Position numbers and translations under genes: made by a program. Below the pieces are notes generated by a model. That model was not told where the DNA came from. It saw only the letters and a list, made by a program, of their open reading frames with translations, and made no database searches. A DNA stretch of 63,025 bases, counting the filler, from Olpidium bornovanus S191 (Eukaryota > Fungi > Olpidiomycota): NCBI GenBank assembly GCA_017911155.1. It is 27 parts of 27 records of this genome, joined end to end, with 100 filler letters (N's around TTAATTAATTAA, not from the genome) between each part and the next. Parts side by side here need not be neighbours in the genome. Positions count along the whole stretch, not along the records: positions 45,278 to 48,994 come from JAEFCI010011705.1; positions 49,095 to 50,300 come from JAEFCI010013099.1; positions 50,401 to 53,195 come from JAEFCI010009135.1; positions 53,296 to 54,641 come from JAEFCI010006790.1; positions 54,742 to 56,805 come from JAEFCI010001871.1; 22 more parts are not named here. The stretch is one strand, 5' to 3'. Below are positions 45,551-56,905 of this stretch, in pieces; position 1 is the stretch's first letter; every line of letters begins with the position of its first letter.

Positions 45551-47003
45551 CCACATCGCCTTGCCTGAAGATCGTCTTGTAAGCGTCGAATTGGGCGTAT
45601 TTCACGACGGCGCAGATCTCGCCGAGAATGAAATCCGAGAGCTTTTCGAATGCTTTCAACTGACGGAAACTGTCAAAAAGAATCTGATTGTCGCTTTTCG
45701 TCCTGTTGAACGTCGACTTTTTCAGTGTCGCCAGCACCAGGCTCGCCGCTTTCTGCTCCTTGGTGAGCGCCGAGCCGGTGGCTTCGCTGCCAGCGCTGCG
45801 GCTAGAGGGCGCAAGGGACTTCGAGGACAGGCCGCCGCCTCTGCTGCGGAAAGGAAATGTAGAGCCAACCAGGGACCTGTTGTCCACGCCCGTCTGCGTC
45901 AGGGCCAGTGAATTCACGGACGAGGCAGCCGACGACGAGGGGCTAACGTCGGAGTCGGCAGTGTCGGCTGAGGTGGCGGCGCGGCGAGCCCGGTCCTCCC
46001 CGTCGCGATCGCCGGCTTTGGCAGCAGTTGCCCTGGCGCGAAACCTGATCCTCTGCAGCTTCTCCGCAGCCGCCTTATCGAGCCTTGCGTTCGCAGCCGC
46101 CATCCGCTCGCCCATGGCCGCGTGGTTCTTGTAGAGATTTTCCAAGGCCTCCGCCGTTTTTTCGGCCTCGGTTGGCTGCCGGACCTCGACCTTCACCCAC
46201 GGCGGCGGGTTGGCCCTGAAGTTGCCGATGGATCTTGCGTAGCGAGGAGTAGCGGAACCGGCCGCGGATTCCGGAGCGGTGGCGGCGGCGCCGCCCGACG
46301 GCTTGCCGGCATCCACGTCGAACGGGAAGGCCGCGGCGGACGTTCGCCGTGTTTCCGCCGGCGGCTCGCGCTGTTGCTCTTGCAGGTGCGCCGCCGGCCC
46401 CTCGGCTGGTCTGCGCGGCCGGATGCAAGCGTCGACCTGGGAGATGAACTCTCGGCGGTACGTCGGCTGGTCCAGGTCCTGCTCCTCTTCCGGGTGGTGC
46501 AGGTGCGCCGGGGCGTTGAAATACTTGCGGGTGACGTCGCACAGCATTTTGACGTCTACCTGCAGCTGCGTATCCCCCCGCCGGAGGTACCCGCACTCCG
46601 CCCGGGGGTCCGCCACCGACGGCAGCCTCACATTCGGCTCGCCCTTTACACGGTCGCCGCGGCCTCGCCTGCGCCTGTTGTCGGGCGGGTGGCCACCGAC
46701 GGACTCCAGGCCGGCCCCGCGCAGGTGGTGGTAGTGCTTGAGGAGACCAGACTTGCCGTGCGACAAGTAGTCGTCCAGCGACTCCGCCCCAGCAGCGCGG
46801 GCGCACGACCCCACGCAGGTGACCAGGTCTCTCCCGGCTAGCGCGCCGAGGTGGGCCTCCGAGGCGGAGGACGCGGCCGGCAGAACCCTCCCCAGCGACT
46901 CGGCCGACTGGAGCAAAGACTCCGTGAACGTCGACCCGTCAATGCTGGCCCCGTGCTGCAGACGCTCATCGGAGCCTGGCGGCCCGCCGACGGCAGCGGA
47001 CAT
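45551..47003 (-). CDS. Cyclic-nucleotide-binding (cNMP) domain protein, long first exon (3' partial)
   Basis: Ends LKKSTFNRTKSDNQILFDSFRQLKAFEKLSDFILGEICAVVKYAQFDAYKTIFRQGDVG before a GTACGT donor. This is the start of a CNBD (R...D...I...L..LKAFE........IC.........T.FRQGD.G), as in Epac/RapGEF-type domains. Start codon uncertain. Confidence 0.78.
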
Positions 47004-47506
47004 TGTGGCTGAGGGTAACTTCTTTGCAGCTGGTTCGGGGGCGGGCCTTTCCTGTTGCCTCAAGCCGTTGCCGTTGCCGTTGCCGCTGCCGCTGCCGCTG
47101 CCGTTGCCGGGTGTGGGGCGGGAGGGAGGGAAGGGTGGGGGATCGGAAAGGGGAGGACGGCAGATGGGAGGAGGAAGCCAAACGCGGGGCGGGCGAGGGC
47201 GAACGTGCGTCGCGCACTTGATCTTCTGGCCTCCGTTCCCCGGCCCCGTTGCATTGCCTTCCCTCCTCCGCCGCCTCCCCGGTGCCCCTCGCCGCCCACG
47301 CGCTCTGCTCCGTGCTGCGCGCACATTCAGCTTTCGCTGAGTTTGGTTGCGCGGGCTCGCTTTTTTCCCCTGCGCGCGTGTTCTCGCGCGGCCGGGGGCG
47401 TTTCCGGTTCTCTCCGCATCCTTCTTCCTCTTCAGCCCTCCCTCCACCCGTCCGGCGCGACCCGCCCGGGAGACGGCGCGAGACTCCAGCGCGAGAGAGT
47501 CCGACG

Positions 47507-48624
47507 ATGACCAGCGACGCGAGCGGCCCGGCGGCGCTGGCGGAGGGGACCGATCTTTATGCGTTGCTGGGGACGGACCGCGGAGCCGCCCCGGAGGAGA
47601 TCCGCAAGGCTTACCGGAAAAAGGCGCTGCAGCTGCACCCGGACAAGCACCCGCCGGAGCGGCGCGAGGAGGCCACCCGCCGCTTCCAGGGCGTGTCGCT
47701 CGCCTTCGGCGTCCTTTCCGACCCAGCTCGGAGAGCCCGCTATGACCGAACCGGCAGGCTCGACGACCTTGGCAGCTCCGAGGACCCCGAGTCCCTCGCG
47801 GCGCTCGTCGCGGAGATGTTTAGGACCGTGCAGGTCACGCCGGAGATGATCGACGAGTTCTTCGCCAAGCACCGCGGTACGGGAAACAAACAAACAAAAA
47901 AAAATCAAATAAATTCCCCCGCTGTTCGTCGGGTTGGCGAGACGCGGTGAACGAAGCAGCGCGGTTCGGCTGTAGGCGTTCCAAGTGCCTTCTTTTTTAT
48001 TTTTTTCTCGTTGCGCTTCTTGTGACGGCTCTCCGGCTGGGTTTCGACTTTCCGGTTGCCCTCGCCGAGCATGGACCTCCGGGGCAAGCCTCGCCGAGTT
48101 CTTCCTTTTGGCCGGGGGACGCGCAGCGCGCCTGATCCTCGAGAGTTCTGTGTGCCTCGCTCCTTTTCCCCCTCCACCCAGGTTCTGCCGAAGAGCGCCG
48201 CGACATCCTCACCGCGTATTCCAATCACAAGGGCGACATGAACTACATCCAGCAGGTCGTGATGGGCGCCGAGGTGGATTCGGAGGACCGTTACGTGGAG
48301 ATCATCGACGCCGCCATTGCCGCGGGAGAGGTGCCGGACTTCCCGAAGCACGCCTCCACGAACACGCCCGAGGCGCGAGCTGCGCGCAGGCGCAAGGCCG
48401 AGCGGGAGGCCTCGCAGGCCCGCAAAGCGAAGGAGAAGGTCGAGGCGAAGATGTCCAAGAGGGAAAACCGGCGCGAAGGCGACGGCGGCGGGGAGGCGGC
48501 GACGCTTCAGGAGTTGATAGCGGGAAGGGCCAAGCGCAGATTCGACAGCATCGTGGCGGACATCGAGGCCAAGTACACCGAGAAGAAGGGTGAGAGGGCA
48601 AGGAGACGCGGACGAAAGGCCTAA
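47507..48624 (+). CDS. DNAJC9: J-domain protein, DNAJC9-like (2 exons: 47507-about 47876, about 48182-48624)
   Basis: DLYALLG....A.PEEIRKAYRKKALQLHPDK...ATRRFQ.VS.AFGVLSDP.RR.RYDRTG; VTPEMIDEF..K.R|GSAEER.DIL.AY..HKGDMNYI...V.......EDRY..IID.AI..GEVP.F; LQELI. Confidence 0.9.
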
Positions 48625-49110
48625 AGAAAAAAGAATAAAAATTTTGAAAATTACTACCAGCAGTTTGACTGGTGGAGGGATGGCGAACGGATATGGCGGG
48701 GATTGCAGAAAAAAAAAATTGTCCTACTAGTGGAACGCCGGCGGAAACACCTTTTCGTTATATTTGGAAGGGGTTGAGAAGAAGAGTTGAGGCGAGCCAC
48801 TCGTTTAAGCCGCAGAACTATGGCAAAAGGGCCCTAGACTCCGCGGGTGATTTGCGCATCATGCGAGCGGAAGCATGAAATTGAACCAGGAAACTTGCGA
48901 AAAAGTGTAGTGCAAATCCCCGGGCGAGTTGCGATTCTTGGATGAAGGTTATGAAGGTCGCGTCGCTTTGCCCCTGCCCTCCTTCCCCCCGGAANNNNNN
49001 NNNNNNNNNNNNNNNNNNNNNNNNNNNNNNNNNNNNNNTTAATTAATTAANNNNNNNNNNNNNNNNNNNNNNNNNNNNNNNNNNNNNNNNNNNNAAAAAA
49101 AAAAACCCCC

Positions 49111-49161
<51 letters not shown>

Positions 49162-49646
49162 AGCGAGCGCGCCCCCGCTCCGCTCCGTCGTGCGGCGGCG
49201 GCAACCCCCGCCCGCTTTCTTTCTTGCGGGGGAAGGGGAAGAGAGAAAGCGAGAGAGAGAGGGAGAGAGAAAGGGACTGAGAGAGGCAAGATGGTCGCCG
49301 TCCGAGCTGCGAGAGTCCCCAGCGGGCAGCCAGCCACAGCCAAAACAAAAAAAAAAAAGGCAAGCGCCTAAACAGAACCAAGAACTCCACCCAACCCGCC
49401 CCCCCCCCCCCCGCCCGATTTGGGAGTGCTGTGTGCTGTGTACGGACGCTTCGAATAACCCCGTCAGACAAAGGTTTTTCCCTCTCTGGTGACGATGGGT
49501 GCTGGGGAGCGCGGGTGGGCGGAGTAAGGAGCGTATGCAGGGGCGACAGGGTCGGGCCGTTCGACGATCGAAAAACGGGGGCGTTCGATATGCGCGCCGC
49601 ACAAACGTCAAAACCGTCCGTCTTCCCTTCCACCAAATACAAGCAA

Positions 49647-49752
49647 AAGCTCCATGCCACCAAAGCGGGCGACCGCAGGACGACCCATAAGAGGAAGGGA
49701 AGCTCCATGCCACCAAAGCGGGCGACCGCAGGACGACCCATAAGAGGAAGGG
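49647..49752 (+). repeat. Exact 53-bp tandem duplication covering a probable start codon (MPPKRATAGRPIRG)
   Basis: AAGCTCCATGCCACCAAAGCGGGCGACCGCAGGACGACCCATAAGAGGAAGGG at 49647 and 49700. Confidence 0.93.
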
Positions 49753-50160
49753 GAAGGGGGGGGGGTGGGGGTGTCGGCGGTTCTCGGAGTCGGAAAGGCC
49801 TGTATAGGCGCCCCCTCCCCCCCCCCCCCTTCTTCCCCCCCAGTCACGAAAAATTGATGCGACGGCTGGAGAAAGCGCCAGGCGGAAAGAGGGCCCGAGA
49901 GGCTGGGGGGGGGAAGGGTGGGCGGGGTTCGGTTTGGCTTTGCCTCTCGCATTCCGCCGGTGGGCAGGGTTGGGCGTGTCAGGGGCTGGGGGAGGGGCGC
50001 AAACGCGTCCTGTTGTTGTTCTGTTGTTGTTTGTCGTCACTGCTGTTCGTTAATTCGATTCAAGGCAAAAAAAGAGCGAGGGGGGAAGGCCGCGTTCACC
50101 CTCCCCGCTGTTTCCCCCACCCCGCGGCGGCTTGCCAATGTTTCATTTCGATTTTTGTTT

Positions 50161-50247
<87 letters not shown>

Positions 50248-50447
50248 CTTATACCCCATTTTCATTTCAATTTCCGCGCAGGAAGAGGTAAAAAAAAAAA
50301 NNNNNNNNNNNNNNNNNNNNNNNNNNNNNNNNNNNNNNNNNNNNTTAATTAATTAANNNNNNNNNNNNNNNNNNNNNNNNNNNNNNNNNNNNNNNNNNNN
50401 AGGCCAAAGGCGAGGCGAGTGTTAAACGCCCGCTTCCTGCACAAGGG

Positions 50448-51092
50448 TTAGCGTACTTTAAGCGAGCCATCGTGCAGTCCTTGGATAGGCAAAGGGATAG
50501 CGGCAGCACGCTCTAGCATGCGCTCGTGCTCTGCTTCCGCCTCCCGTTCCGCTGGCGACGTCCAACTGGGCTTTTGAACAACCAGAGTCTTCCTGCTGCG
50601 CACGGCAACGTGCTTCTGTGAATATAGCGCCTCCCCAGGAGGTTTCTTCCGGGCGGCCGCCTTCGACTCAGACGGCACGCCTTGAGAGTCCGAGTGGCGG
50701 ACCGCACGGTTCATGCTTCCGGCGGTCGCATCCAGTTCACTCCCGTCGGTGAACATCGCGTCATCGTCTTCGCTCCGCGGGCCACCGATCAACCAACTCA
50801 GCGGCTTCCCAAACGCATTCTTGATCAGAGTGACCAGGCCGCCGTCGTCTTGTTCGTCTTTCTGCGCTCGCGGGATAAGCAGGGCCGGGATGTCCCTCAA
50901 TTAGAAAATGGCGAGAGCAGACGTTCTGTGTCGCCAGAGAACGCCGTCTCCCTTAGATTTTACCTTGTGTTTCTTAGGTGTCGTCGAACTTCTATCGTAC
51001 GGTTTGACATTGCTTTTGGGCAGCGAGAAACGGCGGTTCCGTGCCTTGCCTCCTCCTCCCCTGACTGGACTGTCCGAGAGATGCCGGTCCAT
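50448..51092 (-). CDS. Nuclear-basket nucleoporin NUP153/Nup1-like N-terminus (3' partial)
   Basis: MDRH...GGGGKARNRRFSLPKSNVKPYDRSSTTPKKHK|KDEQDDGGLVTLIKNAFGKPLSWLIG, compared with human NUP153 GGGGKIRTRRCHQGPIKPYQQ...GILSRVTESVKNIVPGWL (recalled). A GTAAAA...GCGCAG intron joins the two parts in frame. Confidence 0.55.
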
Positions 51093-52150
51093 GGAGGCCG
51101 AGCCGGAGCCTGCGTCCGCCCCTCCCCCCCCCCCCCCCCCCCCTCCTCCCCCCCTCCCCCAAACCCCCCTCGACCCCGCCCGCGTTGATCAGCCGCCCTT
51201 GCGTGGCTTTGCTGGAGCCGGCGCACCGGTCGTCCGCAGTGAGGTGCGGGCCGAGGAGACCTCCGGCAAGAGCGGAGGAGGGTGGCGGAGGGGTCTTAAC
51301 CGAGTGCTATACGCCGAGCGACGCGTTCCAGCGAGTCGGCGGCGCAGGAGAGATGCCGAGCGATCGAAGGCGCCGGCGGCGGCGAAGGCGCTTGTCGGCG
51401 GCGGCCTTATTCTCTACAGGTGTACGTTGCACAGATAATCGAGCGCGGGGCTCTTCGCCCGCCGCCGCCGGGGCGGCGTCCGTCGCGTCTTCGGCCGGGG
51501 TTGCGGCGAACTCGGTGCGGTTCACCCAAACCTCTCGGCCCGCGCTCTGTCTCCGGCCCTCCCGGCGCCTCCGGAAGCAAGCGGTCACAGCCGGGGAGCT
51601 CGCTTGTTTCGCCACCCGTGCCCCGGCGCGCGAGAGCGGTCCCCGGGAGTGTCGGTCGCACGGTGTGTTGTTGGTTTTTCTGCGGGCGGGAGGCGGCGGA
51701 ACCCGGCGGGCGAACGGAGCCCTAAGCGTCGTCCTTGCTTCTCCCGCCCGCCTCCCTCCGCCCAGGGCCCCCCTCCGCCGGAACTGGGCCCCAATGCGCA
51801 GCCGAGCGGGCGGCGGCCGAGCACCGCACCCAAAAGCCAAACGCTCCCTCTCCTCGGTCGGCCGCAGCGCGCGCTTCCCCCCGATTCGCTACGCTCCGCG
51901 CCGTGCTCGGCGCGGCTCAGTATGGAGGTGCCGGAACCTGGCGTCCAGAGCACGCTTTTGCGGGCGGCGGTGTTCCGGGAACCCGCAGCGGTGTGCAGCG
52001 AAAAGCTCCCTCCCAATTCCAACCTGGGAACTCACGCCGCCGCGCCAGCACGGGGACACCCCGTCGCCAACATGCTGGCGACGCGCAAACGCCGAGGCCG
52101 GCCAGTAAACAAAAGCAAAACAATTGCACCGGATCGCATCAAGGCGCCGC

Positions 52151-52850
52151 TCAGGAAGTGAGAGGTACCGTTGTGATTAACAGGGAGATCTGGGTTTTTG
52201 AGCGGGCGTGTGCGTGGGCAGATGGCGGGAACGATCCGCCAGGACGGCCAATTTGCGCCGCGTCCAGAAGTATCCGCGTATCAACGGCCATCACGGCAGC
52301 CGCACTCGGGTCCTCGGCGGCTTCCGCTATCCACGAGAGGGTAGCAAAAGAAGTCGACGACTCCACGTTTAGCGAGCGCTGCGGGGCCTCTTTCTCTCGC
52401 TCTTTGTCTGCCAATAGCAATCTAGACCTGCCGATCGAGTTACCTGACTCATGGAAAAGCGCATCTTGGCCTCCTCGCTCGCCGGTGATATAGAGCACCT
52501 TTATGTCTACGCCCGAGCTCTTCTCTTGATCTCGAGAGAAATCTAGGACAGCCCTGCTATTGAAGCACCACGCATCCGCTGTGTCTGTGTGCGCCCACTC
52601 GCTGTGATGAACGCGTTCTGCTGGCTCGAAGTGTCCACCCTCATTAATCAGTGGTGAACCTGTTGCTGTTGCATTTTGCCAAACCAAGGGGGCTCATCCT
52701 GTGTGCCGTGAACTTCTCTTGTTCAAGTAGTATCCTTTCCACGCCGCAAGTAGAGGACGCGATGCGGTCCGTCATGTGTGAGGTGCTGCCGTTCCGGCCA
52801 GCACGCACGTTTTTGGGATAGGAGCACCGCCAGCATCGCACTTCTTTTCT
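52151..52850 (-). CDS. Hypothetical protein exon(s), unrecognised
   Basis: 178-codon open frame with globular-looking composition (AWCFNSRAVLDFSRD...VDIKVLYITGERGG...SFATLSWIAEAA). Probable further exons upstream and downstream. Confidence 0.45.
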
Positions 52851-53639
52851 TTCCCGAGTTCTTCAACTCGAAGGTTACAGATAATGGGTTGACGTTTCGC
52901 CCGCGGCCTGTGTTCACAAGACCCGCCCGAAACCCCTGACCCAAATGTTTGAATGTCTCATGTTGTCAGCGAAAACGAAGAAGCGTCGGTGGGCCCCGAA
53001 AATGGCTGGGAGAACGGGGAAAGAAAAAGAAAAGTTCTTCTAGGCAGAATGGTACAAACGGCGCAAACCGCCATCATGCAAAATTGGCGGCGAACAGAAT
53101 CATCCCGTAGTATTCACCTTTGCGAAGGGCATTACGGCAAATTTTGAGCGGTTTTCACCGCCCAATTGGCTAGCAACGTCGCTCTTCGGCTGCAANNNNN
53201 NNNNNNNNNNNNNNNNNNNNNNNNNNNNNNNNNNNNNNNTTAATTAATTAANNNNNNNNNNNNNNNNNNNNNNNNNNNNNNNNNNNNNNNNNNNNCATGC
53301 GTCGCTTGCTCCACTGAGCGCACGCTTCTCCAGGTCATCCAGTACCATATGACGCCAAGAAGTTGCTTCCGCAGCTTGGTTGCACGGCAGCACCGAGGAT
53401 GCGACGTTTCTGCAGATGCCAATTTCAAGAGAAGAACGCGGTATGTACAGTTTATTATGCGTGGACGCAAAGTCTATGTCTTGTTCAATGGAAGGCAATC
53501 TTGGTCGATGGAAGGCAGTCAGACGGCAAAGGTGACCTTCTTGCCGCTCGGCTGGCGGGGTTACAAAAGTACGTTAAATCCGTTGTCACCACCGGGCGGC
53601 GTCGGTAAAGAGCAAAAAGCAGCGCAAAACAACGCCGCC

Positions 53640-54470
53640 GGCTCCGACGAAATACCTCGCTTTTTACAGCCGCCTCAGAAGAGTCGTGCGGCTTCTTTCG
53701 CTTCGTTTTCTTGGTTAGCCGCAGTTCCGCTTTTACTTCTTCCTGCACACATTTAAGAAACGCAGTTTCAAAGACATCAGCCGGCGGCTGAGGCAATCAG
53801 GTAGTGGCGGTGCCACGCGGACATGAAGTCACGCACCAGCTTCCGTTTCTTGAACTCCTTTTTGTCCGCCATCCTTCGCTCTCGTTCCTCGATCGCCTCA
53901 TTAAGTTTCTCCTGCACGGCAGTCGCGATCCCAAACGGCGTCAGATACCAACAACGGAAGACTATATGCAGCCGCCAAGTTTTCTGCCCGCCTCCAGCGT
54001 CCGCGGAAGAGCAGCCCAAGTGCTCTCACCAGCCGCTCGAGTTTGGACTCTAGCCGTTTCTCCTCAGCGCGCGCAGCGGTCGCAGCGAAGCGAAGGAGGG
54101 ACTCCGCGGAGTCGGCGAAGACCTGTCCCCGCCCACCGGCCTTGGTGCTCAGCTTCCGCCGCTTGTCCGCCTTCTCCTTCTTCTCCGACGCCCCGTCGCT
54201 CGCCGGGCAAACAGCGCGGCGCTCCGCTTCGCCCTGGTCGCGCCGGGTCCCTGCCAGAGCCGGGACAGCGTTACGGGGCGGTTTGTCGGACAGGGCAGCC
54301 GCCTGGTTCACCGGCTCCGCCGCTGCGCTCTGCGCGCCCGGCCTCGCGTTATTCTTCTTCTTCTTCTTCTTCTTCTGCAGCTGCGGCAGCTGCCGCGCGC
54401 GCTGCTGGTGGCCGTGCTGGCGGCGCTTCCCCGCCGGCCGCGGCGTGCTCTTGCGCGGCAGTTGGGCCAT
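53640..54470 (-). CDS. LOC1: 60S ribosome assembly/export protein LOC1-like
   Basis: Lys-rich nucleolar-type N-terminus; GQVFADSAESLLRFAATAARAEEKRLESKLER parallels the fungal Loc1 core KVFVDD.ESM..IL..V.AEKEG.IESK..R; followed by IEERERRMADKKEFKKRKL. Confidence 0.6.
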
Positions 54471-54573
54471 GACGAAAGCGAGGGGCTGCGTCCGTCTCAG
54501 CGAGCCCCTGGGAAAGGGGCTTTCCGTCGAAGTCGAGAGGGCGGGGGGCGGCGCTTTTTCTCGGTTTCGGCGG

Positions 54574-54609
<36 letters not shown>

Positions 54610-54741
54610 CCCCCCCGCGTTTCCCCCCCCCCCCCCCCCCCNNNNNNNNNNNNNNNNNNNNNNNNNNNNNNNNNNNNNNNNNNNNTTAATTAATTAANNN
54701 NNNNNNNNNNNNNNNNNNNNNNNNNNNNNNNNNNNNNNNNN

Positions 54742-56688
54742 ACGCTGATAAAGAAACGGCCGCAAGCGAAAAAGGCGCATCTTTTTTTTTATTTTCATAA
54801 AAAAAACAACTGAACAACGGGCGGTCATCGTGCGCGCAGATTTTGCCCCACCTTCGCTCATGCTCTCAGCAGGCTCGGGGGCCGCGGGAGACGCGTCGGG
54901 GGGAGATACTCCCGGCGCGGTCAGAGCCCTGCTGAGGTCCACGTCCTGGACGCGGGTCATGTTCTTGAGGTACCCGAGGATCGGGCTGTTCTCCGGGTCG
55001 GGGACCAGGGACAGCTTGCTGAAGATGTCGCCGTTGAAGCGGTCGACCAGTTCGAACAGGATGGTTTTCATCGTGCGGTTCGGCAAATCGCCCAACAGGA
55101 GGCCCTCGGCGTTCCGCCGCTTCCACTCCTGCGGCGGGAGGCGGGCCATGAAGTTGTGCACGTCCAGGAGAAGTTTCTCGGGCGAAAGGACCCCGTTGTC
55201 CAAGACCTTGCGCATCCCTTTCGTCAATTTCCATATGCACTTCATCACCAGCTCCGCGAAGCGAGCCTGCGCGCCGGCAAGCTCCTCAGGCGTCGACAAC
55301 AGCTCTACCGCACTGCGCTCCAGGATATCTAGGAGGATGCTGAGGGGCCGCCGCGTGTTGCAACAACAACGACAGACGGTCAAGGACACGACGTTTCGTT
55401 TTCCCAAAAACCACGAAATTCTGCCGCCCCGCGCAAAACGGACTCGAACTCACCCATACGCCACGTTCGGTGGCACGCTGTCCAGGAGACGGATCATCAA
55501 GATGTTCAGCGGCCGCGACAGCGCGTGTCGAGACCCGGTGTGCTGGTCCAGCAAGCGATGAAGGAGCTCGACCACCATGGCGCGGAGAGATTCCGTCGAG
55601 ACCCTGGTCGACAGCGTTCTGTTGGTAAACAGCAGCACGAGAGCATTGACCACGTGCTTGCAGAGTCTAAATCCGTCCGGGGAGTCGTCGTCGGGGGCGG
55701 TGAAAGCCAGCCGCAGCTGGAGGGTGACCGCGTTGACGATTTCATCGAGGTACGGAATGACGAGCTCGGGCGGCCCGGACATTTGCACCTCGAGCTCCTT
55801 CAGCGCGTCGATGTTTTTGGCGTTGTCGCGGCCTGATGCGATCTGGGCGAGGATAATGTCCATCATGTACGCCCGATTCTCCAAGGAGAGCGCGGACGCC
55901 GATTTTCGAAGCGTCGGTACGCCCGCAGCACCCGCCTGCGTGGCAGGCGGGAGTGCGGCGAGACCTGCAGCAGGACGAACGAGGACGCTTGCGTGCGCCG
56001 CGTTGGAAACGGAGGGTAAACCAAGTTTGTCCAGGTCTAAGCTGAATTCGTTCTTGACCACCTTGAGCGAAGACGACGACGACGACGACGACGTCGGTCG
56101 CTCCCCTTCTCCCGTGGCGGCCGGCGGTTCAACGGAGTCGGCGACGTGGCTGAGAGCGGCGCTCTGAGCGGCATCCTGCCTCAAGGGCGTCGGCGGTCTG
56201 CTTTCCCGGGCTTTCTGGAACGAGAACTTGGGCGGCGGAGGGACACTTTCGTCGACCTGGCCGCCGGCAGAGGGCGCCGACGCCGGTCTGCCGCCCTTCG
56301 TGCCGATGGGGTTAACGCCCGACAGCGGCTTGGTCCGCTTGAACCTCTCCTCCAGCAAGCTCTTGTCCTTTTCCGAGAGCTTCCCCAAGAGGGCAAAAAC
56401 TTTTTCGCCCACGAGGACGTACACCTGGGAGAGAGCAATGATGGCCGCAGATCGCACGGCGTTGTCGCGATCGGAAACGTGCTGGGCGATCGTGGGCAGG
56501 GTCTTAGACGCCTGGCCGCAGACATTCATCCCGTGGCGCTGGATGAGCGCGCCCAGCTCCTCCAGGCACTCCGTGCGGGTTCGGCCGTTCTTGGATTTTA
56601 ACCCGTGCTCCATGAGGTACGTGAACATCTTGCTCGAAGGGTATATCCTGCAGATCATCTTCATGATACTGCGAACCCTTGCCCGCAT
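54742..56688 (-). CDS. CKAP5: XMAP215/chTOG microtubule polymerase, TOG5 plus C-terminal domain fragment
   Basis: RARVRSIMKMICRIYPSSKMFTYLMEHGLKSKNGRTRTECLEELGALI..HG..VC.....L..IA..VSDRDNAVRSAA..AL..VY..VGEKVF.L.GKLSEKDKSLLEERFKR (TOG5); RPLNILMIRLLD...RFAELVMKCIWKLTK...P.RTMKTILFELV (C-terminal helical domain). Confidence 0.94.
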
Positions 56689-56905
56689 GGTTTCCTTGTT
56701 GTCCCCGACCTACAGAGCAATTTCCCGGCCGCAAACCGGTACGTTTAATCTGGTACGACCTGCCGGGGCAAAGCGAAAGCGGATTTGTCCCGTTTAGGCC
56801 CAAAANNNNNNNNNNNNNNNNNNNNNNNNNNNNNNNNNNNNNNNNNNNNTTAATTAATTAANNNNNNNNNNNNNNNNNNNNNNNNNNNNNNNNNNNNNNN
56901 NNNNN

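Noticed and set aside
52480-52520. KVLYITGE as a RecA/RadA-family motif
   Set aside because: No Walker A (GxxxxGK[ST]) or Walker B motif nearby; a single short match is insufficient.
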